A stretch of DNA of 64,000 nt from Rhina ancylostomus (Eukaryota), in contig JARFYF010000051.1 in assembly GCA_030265395.1 (NCBI GenBank), forward strand, positions 28,802,678 through 28,866,677, read 5' to 3'. The notes below the pieces were generated by a model that saw nothing but the letters and a program-made list of their open reading frames with translations, searched no databases and had not been told where the DNA came from. How positions within the stretch are numbered: the first letter of the stretch is position 1; every line of letters begins with the position of its first letter. Positions 26,991-37,330 of this stretch are shown here, one piece after another. The position numbers were made by a program, and so were the translations under genes.

Positions 26991-28828
26991 AGTGCATCAT
27001 TTCATCTTATTCAACCACCGTCCAGTAATGGGCAGATTTAAGGGACTAAATGCATCCCTGAATGCCTGCAGAGTTCCAACTAACAATTCATGATCCACTG
27101 AGTCCCTTCTCCTGATCGAGACCAGCCCTTTGTGAATGGTGGACCAGGTCTAGGTTGTTGCTTTTGCAGATGGCCCAGCCAGAGACTGGGCCATCAGCCA
27201 ACTTTTCTTCGATCTGAAAAGTTGACTGTTTCTCCTCCCACAGACGTGGCTTGACCTGTCGAGTATTTTCAGCATTATCCATTTTTATTTTGGATTTCCA
27301 GTATCTGCAGATTTTCTTGATTTTCATCCTGAGGCTGTGTTGGACTGGTCTCTGTGGATCATGTGGCTATGAGAAAGAACCAAATGTTTCACAGGGATGG
27401 TCAGACTTTGTATTTAAAGTTCTAAAATGAGCATTTGGAATGAATGATAACCAATCAATGGTGATATTAAACACAAAGGGATCCACTGAGATACACATGA
27501 AAAAATTCAATCCCTGGCAGTAGAACAAAGAAATAAGCCACAAGACCAGCCCTTGGTGCCTTTGGCGTCCCTAAGAAGTTGAATTCTAAGAAAAAGATGA
27601 ACAAAACTCAAGATAAGCCAGTTTACCAAGGCAGGTAAACTCCGAAGCAATCTGGAAAATGTAAATGTGAGCACCACTTCAAGATGTGATCTGAAAATAG
27701 CACAAAGAAACACAAGTCTAGATGACGAAAGACACATTTGGAACAGGTGCTAGGAAGTTCTTTCACTGAAACTGATTAACGTAGTCAAGAGTGAACTTCT
27801 GGTTGAGCTGTGAAGACTCAGGAGTCAATTGAAAGGAAACTGAAAATTGTGACATCAAACCTAGGCTTTCAAAAAATATTCCAGAAAGTCACCAAGCCTT
27901 AATGTATTCAGTGATCTAATGAAAATAAGATCAGTTTGACAGGTACTTGCACAATGTCGTTACGTGAATAGAAATCTGGATTTTTTTCTCTCTGTTTTCT
28001 TCAATAGTTGTTAATGGGGAGAAATATTAGGCAGGTTTACAAATTCTTTCTGAATGCCTCTGACTGTATAGTTTCATGTAATGATTGGTCTAGGTACTTC
28101 TAAAACGCTGTGAGAGTACCTGGCTCCATGTGTCAGTGGGGTTCCAGAATTTCACACCTGCGGTTGTATCCAGCATCCTGCTGTATCTGTGGATTCATCT
28201 CTGAAACCATAACAACCCGTGGAACCGAATGTATTCCTTTTATGGCTCTGTGCCGGCCATAACTGCTGCATTTATGGGGTCACTAATATTCATTAAAAAA
28301 CAAATGAAGGGGAGCAGCCTGATTTCTTTAACTTCATGTTAATTAATATTGATGTTTTAGAAAATTTACATCAGTCAAGTGAATTTATTATTTTTCATTT
28401 CTCTATTTTACATCTGTTTCCAAATGTGTTTGGCGATCAGAGGTATTTGGAAACAGTGAAATGGCCACTTAACAGCACAAACTGCGTGCAGGCCATCAGG
28501 GTGCTTAACGGACAGGGCCTCAGGCTGTGCTGCCAGGTGTCTAGTTGTCAATTGCAGCCCAATTCACTTTGCAGAAAGGCAGACACACTATGGCCTCAAG
28601 GTTGTCAGAAGGCAGAAAGGCACAGACACAATGTCTTCCAGATAAGTAATGACAACAGTATGGCCAACAATCATAGAAGTACTTTACACCCCTGACACTT
28701 AATGGCACATTAGCAGATCAAATCAATCTCCCACCTATCATTTTAACACCACCCAGCTTTCCTGCTCATTTGTAGGTTATGTTGCATATGGCGGCGAATT
28801 GTTTGCCCCATATGTACAACAGAGAAAT

Positions 28829-29020
28829 AAAAAACAGAAAATGCTGGATAAACTCAGCAGGTCAAACAGCATTTGTGGAAAAAGAAACAGTCAATGTTTT
28901 GGATCTGTGACCCAAAGTATGACTGTTTCACTCTCCACAGATGTTGCCTAACCTGCTGAGTTTTTCTAGGATTTTCTGTTTTTTTATTATTTCAGATTTC
29001 CAACACTGCAGTTTTCTTTT
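28829..29020. repeat. head-to-head (inverted) pair of PLE terminal-repeat copies
   Basis: aaaaacagaaaatgctggataaactcagcaggtc...gaaacagtca pairs with tgactgtttc...acctgctgagtttttctaggattttctgttttt. Confidence 0.8.
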
Positions 29021-32000
29021 GATTTTCATACATGACATAGAAGTCATTCATTCTTTTGAATTAATAGAGAATAAATAAAGTGTGTCCATAATAATAATTC
29101 CCAGTGTTTTGACAATTGAATCAACCTGTACTTCAGAAGTTTCATTGTATGTCAAGACCAACCAGGTATGTTTCTTCATAGTTAATTATAGCTGATTGGT
29201 TAATAGTAATGGTAAACTCCACTATATGCCTGTTAATCCAGACTAATAACAAATACTGACTGTTACTTATGAGCTGAAAAAAATGGATATACAACACATT
29301 CAGTTCACGTTGGGTGAATATCTTGCATTAACATGACATTATCTTATTTGAGCACTTGGTGGTGCAGTTGCCCAAGTAACTGCATCCAATGGGAAATGCA
29401 ACTCATCAGTTTAATGATGTGAAATAATGGATAAAAAAGTGGAATTTCTGATCAATACAAGAGTATAGTAGTATCATGAGTGCTTTTTTAGCCCTCATAT
29501 ATACTATTGTGTGTGATAGCATTCAATTTGTATTCAGGTGATTTAAATTAAATTAACACATGCTGTTCCCAACTGTGTTTATGCATCAGATCACATCAAG
29601 TTATCAGAAACTAAAGTTTACTTGGCCTGTCACTGACAGAGGAGGGTGTGAGCTTTTTGGTTTCTTAATGTATGTGGCACTTATGCAGCTAAAATATTAC
29701 AGCTGTGGCACTCACACACTAAACCAAGGAATATGACACAGGATTAAAGTGTTTCTTCAATAAGTTACAGATTGAGACCATAAAGTTAGATCTCATTGTA
29801 AATATGTTTTACATGATTTTACTGGAGATAATTTTATTCATCTGTGAATAATTTCGGGGATGTTAAAAATGGAATCTTTGCTGTAGCACATATGATATTT
29901 TAGAAATATGTATAAACTTGATTATTTGCTTTCAGATATAAATGCAAAATCTACTAAATATGAATGAGTTAATAAGAACAGAACTGGTGAAGTGTTCTGA
30001 TTCCCAGGAAGTACAGATCATGTTTTAGTTCACTTAGTTGGTTGTGAATTTAGGGATTGGGTAAAAGATTAGGGGATTAAAACTGGATCTGGTTGCACTC
30101 ATTTATGCAGTGGAAAGTGGTTGCAATAAATCCAATTTAGAATCCCAGTCTCCTGCACTCAGAAGCTCTTTTGACACATATTGATTGGGATGCTGTAATA
30201 GTGCCCTCACTGATCCCTATAATTATGTATTGGGTCTTCTGAATACAAATGCCTGTTTCAGTACCCAGACCAGAAAGCAGTTCCACATCCAGCCGAACCA
30301 GCAATTATGAAAGAGACAGCAGGATCCTCCCACCAAAAACGTGACCCTTTTAGTAAAGTAATTCATTGAATTCCCCTCCTCACTCTGCTTTCTGCTTCGC
30401 CCTTCCTTCTTCCCCATTTGGGTGGCTGCAGTTCACTGTTAATATTCCATTGAGGCCAGAAGACCAGTTTGCTTTACTCTAGTCAGCAGGCTCAATGACC
30501 ACAAGCACAATCCGTTCTCCAAATCATATATGTTCATAGCCATACCAGTGATGATATTTATGTGTAACCAGAATTATATTCTAGCTGGCACCCTATGCCA
30601 ACCTTTGGGAGTGTTGCATTAGAGTAGCAATGTCGCATAGAGATGAAATTTTTAGGTTGAAATTTTAGAGTGAAGATTAACGTTCTATCTGCCTACTTCG
30701 GCAGTTCATGGCAATACTTAGGAATGAACGGCATATCTGTCAAACTTTTTCTCTTAACTAGTATCACCAAAAACTTGTTATTCAAGTTTTTGCAAGTATT
30801 GCAAAAGGTATGTGACCCATTAATAAATTTTAATTATACTGTATAAATTCATCACCCTTTTCATTTTCTTATTGATTTTCCTGTTTACTATATTTTACCA
30901 CATTAAAATATTGAACATTTGTGCCTGGGGTTTGAATTCTGGGAGTGTTTCCAATAATTGACAGAATTAATGGATTGGATAGACTAACGTGTGGATCAGG
31001 GGAGAATGAGCTCTTTTGTATTCACATTTGATTGAAGAGCATAGCAGCAGGAGAAGGCCATCGTATCCTTAAACCCTTCAATCAGTTAAGAGACAGAATA
31101 TCTGTATGTTTCTATAATATTAAGTGATCAGCAGAATACATATTTTTTTCAAGTGGTGTGTGTTTTCTAGCCTCCTACACTGCATGTGTCACTTTTTTAA
31201 GATTAATTGCATTGAGGCTTCACTCTGCATATTTCTTATTACTCAAACCTCTTGCCTTAGACAAATCCTGAATATTTTGTAACAAAATTTCATTTATTCT
31301 AAAGAAGACCTTGGAGTTACCTTGACATTATTCTTCCCAAAACTCTACATAAATCTTTCACTTTGTAAATCTCACAGATGATCTGTTTTTCCAGTTTCAC
31401 CAAGGCTGCCTTTCACCTTTGGAGGTGGACAGTTTCATCAAAGCAGAATGTGTATCATGTGTCTTCAGCAAATTTAAATACAGAAATGTATCTAAATTTG
31501 TGAAATTATTCAATAAATTCCATTTTCATTGGCATAATGTTGACAAAAGTAAGCAGAGAACAGACTTTCCTGAGTGGTTAAAAATGTTTTAACCCAACAA
31601 GTTCGGCACAAAGCCCGCTCCTCTGCTCACTCTGCTGTGATGGAGGGAGTCAGGCAGGACGCAAGGGGACGTTGGGGATGGAGGAGAGGAGTGGCAGTGG
31701 GGGAGAATGAGGATCTCAAGAGTTGGTCAGGACATTGGGGATTTTGATTGGCTACTGAAGAATGTTGGGTTGTGATCAGCTGTGGGGTATGGAGGTCACT
31801 ATTTGGTTGAAGTTAAAATATGGTAGTGGGTGTTGTGGAGGGAGGTCAGGGAGGGGTATGGTGGTGAGAGAGAGACTCGTAGAACAGGTAAAAGACAGTG
31901 GCCTACCAGTGATTCTGAATGGGTTGTGAGGCCATGCATGCAGGACTGAATTTCTCAGAAATAATGTCCAATATTGCACAGTATCTCTGCACACATCTGG

Positions 32001-32319
32001 TCTTCTTTATGCAATGTGTGTCAAAACACATGGAAATGCAGAAGCAAGTTTGAATGCTTCAGAAATCAAACTATAGATACCCAATCACTTACAGTGATGT
32101 TTTCCTTTAAAATTCTACCCCATTGTGCTGTGCAAGCATTTTCTACATCTCTTTATTTGATGAATGCAGGGTACAGCAAATACAGAGTTGAACCAAAATG
32201 TAGTTTCTAGCCTTATGTACAAGGGCATTATCCCGAGTTACAAGCACTAAAGCTCTGTATTTACCATATTTATCAAATGTCATTTTAGTAGGTGCATTTT
32301 AACATGGAGAATCTTTAAA

Positions 32320-34320
32320 TGGTTACTATGACAGCTGGAAGTTGCTATGGTGATTGTAGCACAGCAAAGAACAGACCTTCATTAGCAAATTCTATTCCCA
32401 GGTTACAACACTTAATAGTCCAGTCCTATAGGTTAATTCTCCACACAAAATATAAAGAGCTGGTGACTCATTTAGATTTGTGAAAATGGACGTGTCCTAA
32501 CCAGCCTTTGTGCGTTATTTCAATGAAAACGTTGCATTTTCTCTATCAAATATATTGCTGCTTCGCTTTTTTTGTGTGTAACGGTACGAAGAGGTTAGTG
32601 ATAATCATTGTCACCCCTTCAATGCATGCACGCATCTGTTAAATAAATGCAATGCTTCGGGGTGTCTTAATTGGCTGCAGGAGGCGAGATATTTCAGCCT
32701 TGCTGCTAACTATGCAGTTTGGTTGTCCTTAAATTGTCTCTGGAAGCACTTTAATTGGCCTTCATTTGAGGAAAGTTGTTTTTATTTTGTTGGCAGCTGT
32801 AGAAGCGAAGGTCTTTATTTTCAGGTTATTCGGTGTATTTTTCGGGCGCTTTGGGATTTTCTTTCATGGTGGATGTGAAAGTGGCATTTCTAGATGCCAT
32901 AAGCTAATTGAGCTTTCAGAGCATTGTTATGTAGCTGTGGCTGGAAGCCAAAAGTAACCACGATAAATACAATGTCTTCCAAATAAGTACAGTAAGATAT
33001 CTCTTTCTGATGGTGTGAGGAAAAGGTATCCAGTCATCTGGGTTGTGAATCAGTGCAGCAGTTTGGCTCCCTATGTGACAGAATATCCATAACAACGTGA
33101 CTGCAAAGGCACCAGTGCAGTCGAGAAAGTGTCTGCTGCTGGAGACTTATTAGAATTGTTACGGCAGCAAAACTGATGCAGGGCGAGCTCATTTTTGACC
33201 CTTAGCCAGAACAGCTGTCATTTATGTCTTGAGCCTTTTTGTCAGAATCTTTTCAAAAAAAAGTGCACGTCTAATTTTCTCTGATGCTTTGGTGTGGTGT
33301 GACGCATCGGAGGGGTAAGGTGCTCACACAGCCTGGGTTCGACTGCAGATCTTTTCTGACTGTGAAAGGATTGGGGATTCTGCATAATTCCACTCGTGCT
33401 TTGGGGGCCAGGTGAGTCATATTTAATCGTTCACTTTGAAAACTTTGAGATACTTAACGGCAGCAGATGGTCTATAAAATGGAAGGCGAGACGAGAGACA
33501 GATGCGCAGTTTTGTGATGATACAAGGGTAGGGAAAATATTCCAGCTAACGGGAACAGACCGAGAGCAGCGAGCCCTGTAGTTCTTTTTTTTCCTGACAG
33601 TTTGACAATTTTACAAGACTTGTATCTTCTGTGCACTTCTAGCTTAAGAAAAACAATGCAGCGTATCGGTGCTGTGTTTAACTGCAGTGGCTATGTAAAT
33701 AACGCATCGATGTTATTAGGTTTCTGCTGGAAGGCACGTTAACCAAGTAAGGTGATGATATCTGGCTTTGACAGCGGGAGCGAGCTGCTCCTCACCGTCT
33801 GCTGTCTCCAAGTACCGTCACTTGCCCTGTTTCAAGGGAAAATAAATGGCATAAGTTGCAGTGAGAAACTGCTTTTTGCCTCCTGCAATGTCATTTCCCA
33901 CTAACACTACTGTACAAGGTATTGTATTTAACATGCTTTGACTTCAAATTTTCAACGTGGTTCGGAGAGCGATCACTCTAGTCCTGTGCATTCGCGTTTG
34001 TACCTGCCAATAAAGCAAAGAGCAAGTATCCAATGTTTTATGCTTCGAGTGATAAAATTAACAAGTAATAAATTATGACGGCAACACCGCATATGAAAAG
34101 TATTATTAATTGAAGTGCTGATTGAAAGTAAACATCTTTTGCTGATCGGTTATTGAATAATATCTTGGATGAGTGAGCATAAACCAGATTAAGTGTAAAA
34201 CGTGGGTTACGTTATTACTGCTTATAATTTGTTGAAGTTGTCGGGTGTTTAGTTGTCCAAGGAATCTGTGCGAATGTGGTAGCTATGGTCCGCAAGGGGA
34301 CGGATTTGATAGCTGGGATT
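32320..34320 (+). promoter_or_regulatory. CpG-enriched, repeat-free intronic island; putative internal promoter / alternative first exon(s) of ANKS1B
   Basis: Hand count of about 55 CpG in 32461-34320 versus about 11 in 29000-31000. Contains X-box-like, inverted CCAAT, CRE-like, AP-1 and TATA motifs, and a consensus donor CAG|GTGAGT at 33411/33412. Confidence 0.6.
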
Positions 34321-34614
34321 TTTACATCTGAGCTTTTCTTCCAATTGATTAAAAATGTTGAAGAGGATAATTTATTTTGACTCTTATGATTTACTGGATA
34401 TTTGGTAATTTATTATTGATTTCTTTAACATTTTTATACTGTGAGCTTGCTATCAATAAATATCATTCCTTGGCAGCCATTCCAAAATTGTAGTACTGAT
34501 GAGTACCAAATATACCACAGTTGATTTGGTAATATTGGGTGTGGGGAAGTAGACTGAGTGGCAAGGTTTATTTAGATCAGCAATTCGTATCATACTGATT
34601 TTCCTTGAGTCTCA

Positions 34615-35546
34615 CTCTGCAGAGTGAGTGACCTTAAATCGTGTCCCACTGGGGATGTGATGTGTGGAGATCAGATACCTTCCCACAAGAGACTGCATTC
34701 TGAAGGACTCTGTCCATGTCCACAGTCACACAGCCTAAAATGCTAGGGACAATTTAAAACAAAAATGAGGATAATAAACATGGAAAAGTAGTATGTCCTC
34801 AAGAAAAATGATGGATACGTGTGGGGGTGGGGGGAGCAACCGCTCCTGTAACTACACCATTGCCAGAATCTTGTGTGTATGTAGTTAATGAAATGATTAG
34901 TTTAAAACTGTAAGTGAACTTAAAAAAAAATAATTTCTATTTTACTTTGCACAACCATCTACAGTTTCATTCAGGTCAACAACAAGTTGCAGCTTTGATG
35001 TTGAAAAATGCCTTAAGGAAGCATTATGTAACTTGGTTTCAAGACTGTCTCATGAGGAGAAAGAAAAGCTAAGAAATAGTGGAGGAGGCCATTTGGTCCA
35101 TTGTGCCTACTCTGCCATTCACTGAGATAATAGCTGACCTCAGAACCACTTTCCAGGACCAGCCTCCACATCCCTCGATCCCTTCAATATCTAAAAATCT
35201 ACCGGTCTCTTGAATATCCTCAGTGAACAAGTCTCCACAGCCTCCATGGGTGGTGAATTCCAAAGATTCACAACCCTTCCAGTGAAGAATCTGTCCTGAA
35301 TGGCCAACCCCTTTAAGACTGTGACCCCTGGTTCTAGCAACACCAGCCATCCTTGTAATTAACCGGTCATGCCCTATAAGAACCTTGTTTAAATGAAATC
35401 ACCTCTGCAGAGTGAGTGACTGAAACTGTGTCCCTCCGGGAATGTGATGTGTGGAGATCAGAGACCTTCCCCCAAGAGACTGCATTCTGAAGGACTCTGT
35501 CCACGTCCACAGTCACACAGCCTAAACTCCTAAGGGGCAACTAAAA
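34615..35546 (+). repeat. direct repeat of about 130-145 bp (34615-34759 and 35403-35546) around a CR1 fragment
   Basis: ctctgcagagtgagtgac...gtgatgtgtggagatcaga...caagagactgcattctgaaggactctgtcca.gtccacagtcacacagcctaaa occurs twice. Confidence 0.9.
35070..35405 (-). mobile_element. CR1 LINE 3' fragment
   Basis: Reverse strand RTRGHSLK plus CR1 3' UTR (ggaggccatttggtccattgtgcctactctgccattcactgagat). Confidence 0.8.
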
Positions 35547-35559
35547 GTTCAGATGAAAT

Positions 35560-35950
35560 AGTAGTTTTAAGGACCTTTATAAATGCAGAGAGTGAAGTAG
35601 TGAGGCAGAATGTTTTGGGACAAAATTCCAAACGATTAGTCCGGCAAGCTGAAGGAACAGCCGTCAATGGTGAGTCAAAGTGTCTGGTATGTGGAACCAG
35701 GTGGTCATGGAGTAGGTGATGAGATGGGTCAGCCAAATGGTCACAGAAAATGGCCGATGGAGGTAACAGGAGCATAGAGTCGACTTCCAGCAGCTATTGG
35801 GCTGAGGAATGATGAGAAATTTTGTTGAGGTGTAAATAAATGCCAAATAGAGGAGGAAAGGATATGGGATCGGAGTTCAATTCAGTCAATTTGACCCTTG
35901 GGTAATGGTGAGGGAAGAAAGAATGCATGGTAAAGAAATGATTTACAGAG
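35560..35950 (-). mobile_element. old L2-like LINE fragment
   Basis: Resembles the reverse of the L2 3' region seen at 42960-43345. Confidence 0.45.
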
Positions 35951-36329
35951 GAGCCTTATAAAATCTTTCGTCTCTCCACGACTACCCGAGCAGGCATAAC
36001 AAGCAGTTGCCAAAATTGGTCTGTCAGATTTCCCACAAAGTTATACTCTCCTTATTAACTAAGAGATCATTGGACTTTTTTTCTATATTTTATTGTATGG
36101 TTATCTAAAATTTCAGTGATAACTAGATCTCTTTTGTAAGATATGTACAAACTTTGATGCCATGTACCATTTGTATTGATTTGAAACCAATAAAAAAGAT
36201 TGGGGGGGGGAAAAAAATAGATTTCACACAAAGGTTTGGGTCCACAACACTGCATTCTTTTTTGAAAGAAAGCAACTTGGGTGGTGGGGTAAAAGACCAT
36301 ATCATCAAATTTGATGGCTCAGAGACGGG

Positions 36330-37330
36330 CAGCATTGTATGTGTTGTGGATGGAAGTGTCAATTACAGAGATAAAGTGTACAGACAGAAAAGAGATATTG
36401 GATGTGGGGTGGGTTGGAGACGTAATAGAATACTTTACTAAATGAAGACCTCGCAAAAATCATTGACCAAAGGTCATAAAATATTATGGACAGGGCTGAA
36501 AATAATCAAAAAGAGTAACAGAATGCTGGCCTTGAGAGCAAGAGGATTGGGATAGAGAAGGGTGATAGTTACATTATACTATATGAAGCTCTGATTTGAT
36601 CACACCTGTAAACTACAAGTTAGGAAAAATATATTGACCTTGTACGGAGTCCAGGATAGATTTCCCAGAAGTCTAGCTCAATTGCAAAGGTTAAACTTGG
36701 AGATTACACAAACTTAGGTGATGTTCCCTGGAATTTAGGCTGAGGGTTAAAGTTTTGTGATAGTAATAGGAACCGTGAGTTTAGACTGAAACAATTTCTG
36801 ATCGTGAAGAGTCTTGCACTTTGAGGCCTGGTCTTGTAAATTGGAGACAAGCCTTTCAGGAATGAAACTGTGACTTGCATCTTCATTGGAAATAGTGGCA
36901 GAGCTTTTAACTCCTCTGGAAACCTAGAAACAGGAGGAGTAATTCATTCTAGGTCTGTGATTCATTTAAGTCCATTATACATTGTTTTATGTTAAAAAAT
37001 ACCTTTTCAATTATGTATATTGTATATGTTACAGAGCAGCCACAATCACATTGACAGAATGAGCTCACAGCAAAATGCCCAACTTCAGTTTTTATTTGGC
37101 TGGGTTACAGAACTTCATCTGTAAATGCACAGCCCTTGCCGATGGTGGTGAATCTCTGGGATTCCCCATCCCCAGAGGGTTGTGCAGGCTAGATCACTGG
37201 GAATATTTAGAGGATGCAGATAAATTATTGAAAGATGAGGGAATTGGAGGCTGTGGGGAGCTGGCACAGAAGAGTTGTTGAGGCTGGTATAGATCAGCCT
37301 GTTGGATGGCAGGGCAGGCTTGAGGCCTCC
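36330..37330 (+). mobile_element. CR1 LINE fragments (two decayed 3' pieces)
   Basis: gtaacagaatgctggcctt, gatagatttcccagaag, gatggtggtgaatctctgggattccccatcccagagggttgtgcaggctagatcact. Confidence 0.6.

Noticed and set aside
34615-34740. Duplicated unit as a snoRNA (GTGATGT...CTGA; AGATCA and terminal ACA)
   Set aside because: The C-to-D spacing is only about 47 nt and the second H/ACA hairpin does not fold convincingly by eye.
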